Below are positions 9,228 to 21,996 of a stretch of 64,000 nucleotides of DNA, one piece after another. The notes beneath the pieces are model-generated. The model was not told the origin of the DNA. It saw nothing but the letters and a program-made list of their open reading frames with translations, and did no database searches. Position 1 is the first letter of the stretch. Every line of letters begins with the position of its first letter. Source of the DNA: Solirubrobacteraceae bacterium (GTDB lineage: Bacteria > Actinomycetota > Thermoleophilia > Solirubrobacterales > Solirubrobacteraceae); contig DASXZA010000018.1 in the NCBI GenBank assembly GCA_036502205.1, forward strand, positions 74,758-138,757, read 5' to 3'. Made by a program: the position numbers and the translations under genes.

Positions 9228-9371
9228 ATGCCACTGAGCACGACTCTCGAGCTTCCCGAGCAGGAGCTCGGCGAGGAGCAGTGGGAGGAGGACGACGAGG
9301 AGTTCGGTGTCGAGGAGCTGGACCTCGACGACTACGACGACATCGACGAGGACGACGACGATGAGTCGTGA
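9228..9371 (+). CDS. Small hyper-acidic protein (47 aa), not in the ORF track
   Basis: GAAAGGAGGG Shine-Dalgarno just before ATG; MPLSTTLELPEQELGEEQWEEDDEEFGVEELDLDDYDDIDEDDDDES; GC-rich third positions. Confidence 0.7.
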   Translation: MPLSTTLELPEQELGEEQWEEDDEEFGVEELDLDDYDDIDEDDDDES

Positions 9372-9413
9372 GGCGCTGCGCGGTGGCGCGCGCGTGCGCC
9401 TTACGCTTGAGGG

Positions 9414-10487
9414 GTGCCGCTAGCCTCGACCTCGATCGGCCATAGCCTCAGCTCGTTTCTCGAAGCGGTCGGCCAGTTCTTCTCGGATCTGGCCGCCGTG
9501 CACTGGGGGGCGCTGGCGCTCGGCCTGTTGTTCTTTGGTCTGAATCTCACGCTGCGCTCGCGCGCCTTCTTTCACAGCCTGCGCGCCGCCTATCCCGCGG
9601 TCAGCTTCCAGTGGCGGCGGATCTGGGGCGCTTATTTCGCCGCCGTCGGCTTCAACAACGTCGTTCCCGCGCGCGGCGGCGACATCATCAAGCTCTTCCT
9701 CACACGCAGCTCGATCCCGGGCTCGACCTATCCGACGGTCGCCGCGGCGTTCTTCGTCGAGTCGATCTTCGACGCCGCCGTCGGCGTACTGGTGCTGATC
9801 TTCGCGTTCACCCAAGGGGTCTTCCCAAAGCCCCCGGACTTCTCGAAACTCAGCTCCTTTGACATCTCCTATCTCGCCGAGCATTTTCGCTTCACCCTGT
9901 TCCTGATCACCGCGCTCGCGATCCTCGGACTGGTGGTATTCGCGCTGCTGTCGGTTCGTCTGAAGGCCTTCTGGACGCGCGTTCGTCAAGGCGTGACGAT
10001 TCTCAGCGACCGGCCGCGTTACCTGCGCGAGGTCGCCATCTGGCAGGCCGGCGCCTGGCTTTGCCGCTTTGCCGCCTTCTGGTTCCTGCTCGACGCCTTT
10101 CGCGTCGGCGGCTCGGTCGAGAATGTGCTGCTGGTGTTCGGCGTCAATCAAGTCGCCGGCGCCGTGCCGTTCACGCCGGGCGGCGCCGGTGTGCAGCAGG
10201 CGCTGCTGGTGAAGGTCTTCGCCGGCAGCGCGCCGACTGCGATCGTCGCGGCCTACTCCGTCGGGCAGCAGATCGCGATCGCCACCTTCACCGCGCTGGT
10301 CGGATTGGGATCGGTCGTCTTCATCTTCCGCTTCCGCTCCTTCGGCGAAGTGATCGCCGCCGGTCGCGCCTCGCGCGAGGCCGAGCAGCGCGCCGAGCGC
10401 GCCGGAGTGATGCTCGGGGAGGACGACGAGCCGCCCGAGCCGCCGCGCGTCAGGCGCACACGGGATCTGGGCGGGCGCGCCTACTGA
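9414..10487 (+). CDS. Lysylphosphatidylglycerol synthase TM domain / UPF0104 flippase-like membrane protein
   Basis: NNVVPARGGD, PFTPGGAG, many TM segments. Confidence 0.85.
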   Translation: MPLASTSIGHSLSSFLEAVGQFFSDLAAVHWGALALGLLFFGLNLTLRSRAFFHSLRAAYPAVSFQWRRIWGAYFAAVGFNNVVPARGGDIIKLFLTRSSIPGSTYPTVAAAFFVESIFDAAVGVLVLIFAFTQGVFPKPPDFSKLSSFDISYLAEHFRFTLFLITALAILGLVVFALLSVRLKAFWTRVRQGVTILSDRPRYLREVAIWQAGAWLCRFAAFWFLLDAFRVGGSVENVLLVFGVNQVAGAVPFTPGGAGVQQALLVKVFAGSAPTAIVAAYSVGQQIAIATFTALVGLGSVVFIFRFRSFGEVIAAGRASREAEQRAERAGVMLGEDDEPPEPPRVRRTRDLGGRAY

Positions 10488-10540
10488 GCCACGAAGCGAC
10501 GCGCCTACTGAGCTACGAAGCGAGGCCGGCCTACTGAGCC
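10476..10540. repeat. 24-nt tandem duplication containing the upstream gene's stop codon (2 copies plus a partial)
   Basis: cgcgcctactgagc(c/t)acgaagcga x2, then gcctactgagcc. Confidence 0.85.
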
Positions 10541-10558
10541 GCCGCGGTCGCGCGCGAG

Positions 10559-10831
10559 CTACTGGAGTCCCTCGCGCGCCTCGCGCACGAGCGTGACCGC
10601 CTCGGGAAAGACGACCGCCATCACCGATCTGATCTGCTCGGCCTGAGCCTCCGCGTTGCCCTGCAGGTTCACGCGGTTGACCGCCGCGACCGTCATATCG
10701 ACGGCGAGCTTGATCGCATTGTCGGCCCACGCCAGACGCTGCTGACCCTGCATCTGCTGCGCGAAGTCCGCGAGCCGCCGCTGCAACTCGTCGGGGTCAC
10801 CGAACAGATCTCCGAAGCCGCTGCCCTCCAT
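10559..10831 (-). CDS. Hypothetical helical protein (90 aa)
   Basis: GGAG before ATG; natural-looking composition MEGSGFGDLFGDPDELQRRL... Confidence 0.7.
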   Translation of the reverse strand: MEGSGFGDLFGDPDELQRRLADFAQQMQGQQRLAWADNAIKLAVDMTVAAVNRVNLQGNAEAQAEQIRSVMAVVFPEAVTLVREAREGLQ

Positions 10832-10880
10832 GACTCCATCGTAGATCAAACGAGGGGGGGAGCCCATAGACTGCGCGACC

Positions 10881-11888
10881 GTGCCGGACAAGCCCGAGAA
10901 CGACAGCCCCAAGCAGGGCGAGAATCCCAAGCAGAGCGTGCCCGAGCCCACCAAGGGCGAGATCCGCGAGCGCGTCGCCTTCGAGACGAAACGGCGCGCG
11001 CGACTTGGTGTGCCCGCCTTCGCCGGCGGGGTGCTCTTCCTGCTAGGCGCGATCACCTTGAGCGCGACCCTCAAAGGCTCCCCGACGGTTGGTGTGATCC
11101 AGGGCGTCGCACCGGTCGTGAACGGTCAGGCCAACCCGCCGATCAGTCCGCGAGCCGCCGAAATTCGCTTCTACGATCACCACGCCTTCGGGTTGATCGC
11201 CGGCGCGCTGCTGAGCGCGGCCGCGATCGTCGTGCTGATGCTCGTGTTGCTCTTCATGTTCAGCGCCGCGCGCTTCCGTCGGCCCCAGACCGCTCCGATC
11301 TCGAGGCCGCTGATCCTGATCGGCGGCATCGGCATGCCGGTGCTGACTGTCATCGGGGAGATCGTGCAGGCGGTCGCCGCGCACAACTTCGTGGCCGGTC
11401 ACGACTTCACCACCCATGCCGTCGAACAGGTCGTCACCAAGAACAGCATCTACGAGATCCTCAGCTACATCACACCGTTGGCCGCGATCGCGTTGGTGGC
11501 GGGCATGGTCACCCTGATGGTCTCCACCGTCCGCGTCGGACTGCAACCCAGGTGGATGGGCATCGTCGGGGGTGTCGGCGCGGTGATCATCCTGATTCCC
11601 TCGCAGGAGCTGAGCCTGATAACCGCCTTCTGGATGGTCGGCACCGGCATTCTGCTGATGGGACGGCTCCCAGGTGGAGACCCGCCGGCATGGAGCGCCG
11701 GCCTCGCGCGCCCGTGGCCGTCACAGATCGAGACGCGCGCCGCGCGCGACGCGCGACGCGGAGGCTCCCGCTCAAAGCGCCCGAGCAAAGAAAAGGGCAC
11801 ATCAGGCAGTGCTGTGCCCGAGCCAGTGCAGCCCGCCGCCGCGAGTGCGAGCGGCAAACGCCGCCGCAAGCGCGGGTCGCGGCGATGA
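10881..11888 (+). CDS. Hypothetical multi-pass membrane protein with basic C-terminal tail
   Basis: About 6 hydrophobic segments; TAGACT -10-like hexamer 8 nt upstream. Confidence 0.75.
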   Translation: MPDKPENDSPKQGENPKQSVPEPTKGEIRERVAFETKRRARLGVPAFAGGVLFLLGAITLSATLKGSPTVGVIQGVAPVVNGQANPPISPRAAEIRFYDHHAFGLIAGALLSAAAIVVLMLVLLFMFSAARFRRPQTAPISRPLILIGGIGMPVLTVIGEIVQAVAAHNFVAGHDFTTHAVEQVVTKNSIYEILSYITPLAAIALVAGMVTLMVSTVRVGLQPRWMGIVGGVGAVIILIPSQELSLITAFWMVGTGILLMGRLPGGDPPAWSAGLARPWPSQIETRAARDARRGGSRSKRPSKEKGTSGSAVPEPVQPAAASASGKRRRKRGSRR

Positions 11889-12017
11889 TTGATTTCCGCC
11901 ACTAGCGGGAATAACCCATGTGGGAACGTGGGAATTGCCACGACCGTTCCCCGCCCCCAGCCATCGCATCAGTATCAGCACTAGACGCCGCCTCGCGCGG
12001 CGGGATGGAGGGTCCTC

Positions 12018-12674
12018 ATGGAGGCAGCATCGATTCATCGTTCCGACGCGGTGCCGTCGGTCCCTCGTCGCAACCTGCCGGGCGAGGAGATGGGGCAGGC
12101 GACGGCCTGGAAACCGGCTGACCCCGGTCCGCTCGGGCTCGCGGGCTTCGCGATGACGACATTCGTGCTCTCGATGTTCAACTCGAATCTCGTCAATGCC
12201 AAGGGCCTGCCGGTGGTACTTGGCCTTGCACTCGCCTACGGCGGGATCGTGCAGTTGATCGCCGGTGTCTGGGAGTTCCGTACCGGTAACACCTTCGGCG
12301 CCGTCGCGTTCTGCTCCTACGGGGCCTTCTGGCTCTCGTTCTGGGCGCTCAACGTGTTCTACGCCAAGGACATCGAAGGCAACGCCGGACACGCCGTCGG
12401 CGTGTACCTGTGGGCATGGGCGATCTTCACCGCATACATGACGGTGGCTGCGCTGCGAGTCAGCGGCGCGGTGCTGCTCGTCTTTGCGCTGCTGACGGTC
12501 ACCTTCATCCTGCTTGCGATCGGCGCTGTCGGCGACCACGCGAACGTCACTCATTGGGGCGGGTACCTCGGTCTGGCGACGGCCGCGGCGGCCTGGTACG
12601 CCTCCTTTGCGGCTGTCACCAATTCGACCTTCGGACGCACGGTGCTGCCCGTGATCCCGTTGAGCGGACGGTAG
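12018..12674 (+). CDS. satP: Acetate uptake transporter (SatP/YaaH/GPR1 family)
   Basis: ADPGPLGLAGFAMTT, YGG, NTFG, SYGAFW; adjacent to acs. Confidence 0.9.
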   Translation: MEAASIHRSDAVPSVPRRNLPGEEMGQATAWKPADPGPLGLAGFAMTTFVLSMFNSNLVNAKGLPVVLGLALAYGGIVQLIAGVWEFRTGNTFGAVAFCSYGAFWLSFWALNVFYAKDIEGNAGHAVGVYLWAWAIFTAYMTVAALRVSGAVLLVFALLTVTFILLAIGAVGDHANVTHWGGYLGLATAAAAWYASFAAVTNSTFGRTVLPVIPLSGR

Positions 12675-12683
12675 AGTCAGGCC

Positions 12684-14678
<1,995 letters not shown>

Positions 14679-14783
14679 CGCGGCCCGGGCGACCGATCCC
14701 AGGCACCGACAAACGCAGGCGCGTGGGACGGGGTGGGGAAATCCCTAATAGACGTGGCCCCCCGCGCTGGGATCATGATTGGC

Positions 14784-16010
14784 ATGGGATCGACCGCTGC
14801 CGGAGCGCCGAAGGCCCGCACGCGTCGCTATCGCTACCCCGAGCGCGGCATGCTCGGCGGCGTGTGCGCCGGCGTCGCCGAGTATCTGGAGGTCGACGTC
14901 ACGGTCGTGCGCTTCATGACTGCGGCGGTCGTTGTCGCGGGCGGAATCGGAGTGGTGATCTATGCGCTCGCGTGGGCGCTGACGCCCGTTGCGCCGGGCA
15001 GCGAGGGCGTGGGCCGGCCGCGCGGAGCGTGGCGGGAGGCGGTACTGATTGTGCTCGTCGTCGTCGGCGTCCTGATCACGCTGCGCCACACCGGACTGTG
15101 GGTCGGCGATCAGTTCGTCTGGCCGCTGGTGCTCGGCTTCGGCGGGATGACGCTCGTGTGGCGCCCCGCGGTCGTGCGTCCTGGCGCCGGTGTGGCGGAC
15201 CGCCGCCTACTCTCCTGGCGCGAGTACCTGCGCAGTCGTGGCGGGCGGATCGATGTCCCGCGATTGGTGCTCGGCGCGCTGTTGGTGGCGTTCGCGTCGG
15301 CTTCGCTGCTGCACGCCTCCGGCGTGCTGCGCAACCTGGGCGATGCGATCGGCGCGGTCGCGATCGTCGCCGTCGCGCTGGGGCTGCTCGTGGCGCCGCT
15401 GTTTGTGCGGCTCGCTCGCAATCTCTCCACCGAGCGCGCCGCGCGGATCCGCGAGCAGGAGCGCGCGGACGTCGCGGCGCATCTGCACGACTCCGTGCTG
15501 CAGACGCTCGCGCTGATCCAGAAGCGCTCCGGCGATCCGCGCGAGGTCGCCGCGCTGGCTCGCCGCCAGGAGCGCGAGCTGCGCAGATGGCTGTTCGAGC
15601 GCCCCGACGGCGCGGGCGGCGAGAGCGTCAGGACGGCGCTGGAATGCGCGGCCGCCGAGGTCGAGGAGCTGCACGGCGTGCCGATCGAGGCGGTCGTCGT
15701 CGGGGACGAGCCGCTGACAGGGCCGCTGGAGGCGCTGGTGCCGGCTGCGCGCGAGGCGATGACGAACGCCGCGAAGTTCGCGGGCAGCGACCACGTGGAT
15801 CTCTATGCGGAGATCGGCGCCGAGCGCGTCGAGGTGTTCGTGCGCGATCGCGGTAGCGGGTTCGAGCTGGACGCGATCCCCGAGGACCGTCGCGGCGTAC
15901 GCGACTCGATCGTCGGCCGCGTCGAGCGCCACGGCGGCCGCGTCGCGATCCGCAGCGCGCCGGGCGAGGGCACCGAGGTCGAACTGGCGATGGAGCGCTC
16001 CCGCTCATGA
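14784..16010 (+). CDS. PspC-domain membrane sensor histidine kinase
   Basis: MLGGVCAGVAEYL PspC motif; AHLHDSVLQ H-box; NAAK, DRGSGF, GEGT; start uncertain. Confidence 0.9.
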   Translation: MGSTAAGAPKARTRRYRYPERGMLGGVCAGVAEYLEVDVTVVRFMTAAVVVAGGIGVVIYALAWALTPVAPGSEGVGRPRGAWREAVLIVLVVVGVLITLRHTGLWVGDQFVWPLVLGFGGMTLVWRPAVVRPGAGVADRRLLSWREYLRSRGGRIDVPRLVLGALLVAFASASLLHASGVLRNLGDAIGAVAIVAVALGLLVAPLFVRLARNLSTERAARIREQERADVAAHLHDSVLQTLALIQKRSGDPREVAALARRQERELRRWLFERPDGAGGESVRTALECAAAEVEELHGVPIEAVVVGDEPLTGPLEALVPAAREAMTNAAKFAGSDHVDLYAEIGAERVEVFVRDRGSGFELDAIPEDRRGVRDSIVGRVERHGGRVAIRSAPGEGTEVELAMERSRS

Positions 16011-16660
16011 GCCTCCCGCGAGTCGTGATCGTCGACGATCACCGACTGTTTCGCGCCGGCGTGCGCGCGGAGCTCGACGGCCTCGTCGAGGTCGTCGGTG
16101 AGGCCGGCGGCGTCGCCGAGGCAATTGCGGCGATCGGGGAGCACAAGCCCGACGTGGTGCTGCTCGACGTGCACATGCCCGAGGGCGGCGGGGTCGAGGT
16201 GATTCGGGTCGTCGCCCCAACGCAGCCCGGCGTGCGCTTCCTTGCGCTCTCGGTCTCCGACGCTGCCGAGGACGTGATCGCCGTGATCCGCGCGGGCGCG
16301 CGCGGCTATGTGACAAAGACGATCTCCGGCGCCGAGCTGGCCGATGCGGTGCGGCGCGTGGCCGAGGGAGATGCGGTCTTCTCACCGCGCCTGGCCGGTT
16401 TCGTGCTCGACGCGTTCACCGGCGGCGCTCCCGAGCCACAGGACGCCGAGCTCGACCAGCTCACCGCGCGCGAGCGCGAGGTCCTGCGGCACATCGCGCG
16501 CGGTTACATGTACAAGGAGATCGCGCAGCGCCTTGGAATATCTGTGAAGACGGTCGAGGCGCACGTCTCGGCGGTGCTGCGCAAGCTGCAGCTCTCCAGT
16601 CGGCACGAGCTCAGCCGTTGGGCGGTGCAGCGGCGGCTCGTGAGCCTCGACGGACCCTAG
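16007..16660 (+). CDS. NarL/LuxR-family response regulator
   Basis: VDDH, LLDVHMP, GYVTK, LTAREREV...TVEAHV. Confidence 0.95.
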   Translation: MSLPRVVIVDDHRLFRAGVRAELDGLVEVVGEAGGVAEAIAAIGEHKPDVVLLDVHMPEGGGVEVIRVVAPTQPGVRFLALSVSDAAEDVIAVIRAGARGYVTKTISGAELADAVRRVAEGDAVFSPRLAGFVLDAFTGGAPEPQDAELDQLTAREREVLRHIARGYMYKEIAQRLGISVKTVEAHVSAVLRKLQLSSRHELSRWAVQRRLVSLDGP

Positions 16661-16767
16661 GGGTCATTCCCGATGGCGCGCCGCCGCCTGCTGCGTCACA
16701 GTCACCGCGACCTCTCGCACACCGAGATCGTCGAGCAACCCAAAGACCACGCGAGGAGAACACATCG

Positions 16768-17756
<989 letters not shown>

Positions 17757-17760
<4 letters not shown>

Positions 17761-18548
17761 GTACGACGATCGCGGCGCAGATGGCGGGCGCCGACTTCCT
17801 CAAGCTGCGCAAGAAGCGCGGCACGCTGATCTGGGCGCTGGTGCTGGGGTGGGCGCCGGTCGTGCTCTTCTACGCCGTCACCGCGATACAGCACGCGTCG
17901 AACTCGGTCAAGTACAGCCCCGCGGGCGGCACCGCGAGCTTCCACGACGGCCTGCGCCTGCTCGGCGGTTTCCTCTTCGGTCCGCTGGTCGCGATCCTGA
18001 TCGGCGTCGAGGCCGGCACAAACGACGCCTCGGCTGGCGTCTTCCGTGATCTGGTCGTCACCGGGCGCTCACGCCTGGCGCTGTTTGCCTCGCGTCTGCC
18101 CGCGGCGCTGGCGCTGTGTTGGGCGATCATCGTCTCGGCCTACGCGCTGGTGCTCCTCGGCACGTTCGTGTTCGCCGGCGACCTGCCGACCCCCGACGGC
18201 GCGCTGATCCTCAACAGCCTCGGCTTCCTGCTGCTGAGCACGGGCGTGATCTGCGCGGTGGCGGTCGGCTTCGCCTCGTTGACGACCTCCAAGCCGGCGG
18301 CGATCATCGCGCTGATCGCGTGGCAGCTGATCGCCAGTCCGGTGATCGTCGGCATCGAATCGCTCGGGAGCCCGCGCAAATTCGTGTTGAGCCAGGCGCT
18401 CGTGCACTTCAGCCCCATGAGCCTCGCCGATGGTGGCGGGCGGCATGCGGCCACGATGTCCGGCGCAGTGGCGTTGCTGGTAATCGTTCTGTGGCTGGCG
18501 GTCTTCCTCGGGCTTGGCGCGTGGCGCACGCGCACGATGGACGCATGA
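17757..18548 (+). CDS. ABC-2 type permease
   Basis: About 6 TM segments, ATGA overlap, C-terminal RTMDA. Confidence 0.85.
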
Positions 18549-18606
18549 TGAAAGATTCGGAATTGGGGTATCCCGACCTCTGGCGGACCTTTAGAGTTCA
18601 CGCGCG

Positions 18607-19374
18607 ATGAGTGAGACCGCAATGAACACCAATGACTCGAACACCAATGACCCGAGCGAGATCGTCGCGGCCAGCGATCTCCGTCGCCGCTACGGCGAGG
18701 GCGAGGCCGCGATCGACGCTCTCGACGGGGTGAGCGTGAGCTTTCCCAAGGGGCGCTTCGCGGCGATCATGGGCCCGTCGGGTTCGGGCAAGTCGACGCT
18801 GATGCACAACCTCGCGGGTCTCGACCGGCCGACCTCGGGCACCGTGACGGTTGACGGCGTCGAGCTGACGGGTCTCGACGACAAGCGCCTGACGCAGCTG
18901 CGCCGCGACCGCATCGGCTTCATCTTCCAGACCTTCAACCTGCTGCCGGTGCTGAGCGCCGAGGAGAACATCCTGCTGCCGCTGTCGATCGCGGGCCGCA
19001 AGCCCGATCAGGAGTGGCTGGACCGGCTGATCGACACCATCGGCATCCGCGACCGCCTGAGTCACCGTCCGGCCGAGATGTCGGGTGGGCAGCAGCAGCG
19101 CGTCGCGGTCGCGCGCGCGCTGGTCTCGCGTCCGGCGGTCGTGTTCGCCGACGAGCCGACCGGCAACCTCGACTCCAAGTCCTCGGGCGACGTGCTCGCG
19201 CTGCTGCGCCAGGCAGTCGACGAGTTCGACCAGACCGTCGTGATGGTCACGCACGATGCGCACGCGGCGGCGTTCGCCGATCGCCTGCTGGTGTTGGCCG
19301 ACGGGCGGATCATGCACGACCGCGAGTCGGCGAGCACGGAGGAGGCGCTCGACTTGATGAAGTCCGTCGGCTGA
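18607..19374 (+). CDS. ABC transporter ATP-binding protein (LolD/MacB type)
   Basis: GPSGSGKST, GFIFQTFNL, SGGQQQR, ADEPTGNLD. Confidence 0.95.
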   Translation: MSETAMNTNDSNTNDPSEIVAASDLRRRYGEGEAAIDALDGVSVSFPKGRFAAIMGPSGSGKSTLMHNLAGLDRPTSGTVTVDGVELTGLDDKRLTQLRRDRIGFIFQTFNLLPVLSAEENILLPLSIAGRKPDQEWLDRLIDTIGIRDRLSHRPAEMSGGQQQRVAVARALVSRPAVVFADEPTGNLDSKSSGDVLALLRQAVDEFDQTVVMVTHDAHAAAFADRLLVLADGRIMHDRESASTEEALDLMKSVG

Positions 19375-21947
19375 TGCTCGCGCTGGTCCTGCGCGGCTTC
19401 CTGCAGCGCAAGCTGCGCGTCCTGTTGACGGCGATCGCGATCGCGCTCGGCGTGGCGCTGACGGCGGGCACGTACATCCTGACGGACACGATCAACAACT
19501 CGTTCGCCGGGATCTTCAAGACCGCCGACAAGAACAGCTCGGTCGTGATCACCCCGACGGAATCGCTCGGCAGCAACGTCACCGCGGAAACCTCGCCGAT
19601 CACCGACGCGATGCTCGAACGGGTGCGTCAGGTCCCGGGTGTCGCGAAGGCCGCGGGCAGCATCTTCACGACGGGCACGTTCCTGAACCTGCACGGCAAA
19701 CGGCTCACGACGACCAACGCGCCCGCGTTCGTCGGCTCGCCCGAGCCCGAGCCGTTCAAGTCGTTCTTCCCGGTGCAGGGCCGCTTTGCCGCGACCGCCG
19801 ACGAGGTCGCCCTCGACCAGGCGACCGTCGAACGCGCGCACCTGAAGCTCGGCGACCAGATCGAGATCGCGGCCAAGGCTCCCGTCAAGCGCTACACGCT
19901 CGTCGGCATCCTGAAGTTCGCAAGCGGCCAATCCTTCGGTGGCGCCGGCACCGCGCTGCTCACGCTCGCGGAGGCAAGGCGCATCACCGGCGAGCAGGGG
20001 CGCTTCGACCAGCTCGACGTCGCGGCCGCCAGCGGTGTGAGCCCCGACCAGCTGCGCGATCGCATCCGCGCGGTGCTGCCGCGCACGGTGACGGTTCGCA
20101 CCGGCGCCCAGCAGGCCGCCAAGGAGACGTCCAACCTCGAAGAAAACCTCGGCTTCCTGCGCACCTTCCTGCTGGTCTTCGCCTATGTCGCGCTGTTCGT
20201 CGGGGCGTTCATCATCTTCAACACCTTCTCGATCACCGTCGCGCAGCGCACGCGCGAGTTCGGGCTGCTGCGCACGCTCGGCGCCTCGCGCCGGCAGATC
20301 CTGCGCTCGGTCATCTTCGAGGGCATCTTGCTCGGCGTTACCGGCTCGGTGCTCGGCCTGCTGGCGGGAATCGGGATCGCGCCGGCGCTCGACCAGCTGT
20401 TCAAGGCCTTCGGCGCGGACCTGCCCGACAGCGGCACCGTGCTCGAGGCGCGCACGATCGTCGTCTCGCTCCTGGCCGGAACGATCGTGACGCTGCTCGC
20501 CGGTCTGGCTCCCGCTCTGCGCGCGACCCGCGTGCCGCCGATCGCGGCGCTGCGTGAGGGCGTGGAGATCCCACCCCGCGCGCCGCTCACGCGCGGTCGC
20601 TACGCGGTACCGATCCTGCTCGGGCTGGTGGTGCTGCGCCTGGTGATCTCGATCGTGCAGGGCGACGGTGCGGGCACGATTGCGATCATCGTCGCGATTG
20701 GCCTGGTCATCATGTATGTCCGCCTGCGCCAGCGCAGCCGCGGGCGGCACTACCGCGTTGTGCCGGCGCTTGCACGCGTCGTCGGGACGCTCGTCAGCTG
20801 GCGCGGCATCACTGGGCGCCTAGCGCGCGAGAACGCGATTCGCCAGCCCGGGCGCACGATGGTGACGGCGGCGGCGTTGATGATCGGGCTCGCGCTGGTG
20901 ACCTTCGTGGCGGTCCTCGCGGACGGCACGAAGGCCTCGATCGACAAGGCCGTCAGCCGCTCCTTCGCGGGCGACCTGATCGTTGAGAACTCTCAGAGCG
21001 GCGGCGAACAGGGAATTCCGACGCTCGTCGCGCCGGCGCTGCGGCGGGTACCGGGCGTCGCGAGCGTGACGCCGATCGCGTTCACCGTCGGACGCCCCCA
21101 TGGGAGCAGCGAAAACGCGTCGATCACGGCGATCGAACCGGCGAGCTTCCAGCGCGCGTATCGCATCGAATGGAAGCAGGGCTCGGCCGCGACGCTACTC
21201 GGACTCGACGAAACCGGCGCGATCGCGACGAAGGGCTACGCCGAAAAACATCATTTGAAGGTCGGTCAGCGAGTCACGCTGCTGACGCCCTCCGAAAAGC
21301 ACGTCACGCTGACGATCCGCGGGATCGCGACCGACGAAGCGCGCCTGCTCGCGAACTTCACGATCACGCTTCCGCTGGCGCGCACGCAGTTCGGCGTGCG
21401 CGAAGACGCGCTGGATTTCGTCTCCTATACGCCGGGGGTGAGCAACGCTCAGGTGCAGCCGGCCGTCGATCGGCTGCTCGCGGCGAGCTTCCCGCAGGCG
21501 AAGTCGCGCACGGCGGCGCAGTTCAAGCAGGATCAGGCAAACCAGATCGACACGCTGCTGACGCTGATCTATGTGCTGCTCGCGCTGTCGGTGATCGTCT
21601 CACTGTTCGGCATCGTCAACACGCTGATCCTCTCGATCTACGAGCGCACGCGCGAGTTGGGGATGATGCGCGCGATCGGGACCTCGCGCAAGCAGGTGCG
21701 CCAGATGATCCGCTACGAGTCGATCATCACGGCACTGATCGGCGGGGTCCTCGGGATCGTGGTCGGTGTCCTCGGCGGAGTGATCCTCGGCCTGGTGCTC
21801 TCGGGCTCGGGCTTCGTGCTCTCGATTCCATTCGGGACGCTCGCGATCCTGCTGCTGGTCTCCGCGCTGGCGGGCGTGATCGCCGCCCAGGCGCCGGCGC
21901 GCCGCGCGGCGCGGTTGGACATGCTGCAGGCGCTCGCCAGCGAGTAG
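19374..21947 (+). CDS. FtsX/MacB-like ABC permease (duplicated domains)
   Basis: QRTREFGLLRTLGAS and ERTRELGMMRAIG FtsX motifs. Confidence 0.92.
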   Translation: MLALVLRGFLQRKLRVLLTAIAIALGVALTAGTYILTDTINNSFAGIFKTADKNSSVVITPTESLGSNVTAETSPITDAMLERVRQVPGVAKAAGSIFTTGTFLNLHGKRLTTTNAPAFVGSPEPEPFKSFFPVQGRFAATADEVALDQATVERAHLKLGDQIEIAAKAPVKRYTLVGILKFASGQSFGGAGTALLTLAEARRITGEQGRFDQLDVAAASGVSPDQLRDRIRAVLPRTVTVRTGAQQAAKETSNLEENLGFLRTFLLVFAYVALFVGAFIIFNTFSITVAQRTREFGLLRTLGASRRQILRSVIFEGILLGVTGSVLGLLAGIGIAPALDQLFKAFGADLPDSGTVLEARTIVVSLLAGTIVTLLAGLAPALRATRVPPIAALREGVEIPPRAPLTRGRYAVPILLGLVVLRLVISIVQGDGAGTIAIIVAIGLVIMYVRLRQRSRGRHYRVVPALARVVGTLVSWRGITGRLARENAIRQPGRTMVTAAALMIGLALVTFVAVLADGTKASIDKAVSRSFAGDLIVENSQSGGEQGIPTLVAPALRRVPGVASVTPIAFTVGRPHGSSENASITAIEPASFQRAYRIEWKQGSAATLLGLDETGAIATKGYAEKHHLKVGQRVTLLTPSEKHVTLTIRGIATDEARLLANFTITLPLARTQFGVREDALDFVSYTPGVSNAQVQPAVDRLLAASFPQAKSRTAAQFKQDQANQIDTLLTLIYVLLALSVIVSLFGIVNTLILSIYERTRELGMMRAIGTSRKQVRQMIRYESIITALIGGVLGIVVGVLGGVILGLVLSGSGFVLSIPFGTLAILLLVSALAGVIAAQAPARRAARLDMLQALASE

Positions 21948-21996
21948 CACGTGCTGCGGGGCTCGTGCAGGCGATCCCGGCTAAGCTCGGGTCTGC

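Noticed and set aside
3078-10540. Short repeat arrays (3078, 4171, 9069, 10476) as CRISPR arrays
   Set aside because: Units are too short and degenerate, there are no unique 30-40 nt spacers, and no cas genes are in the window
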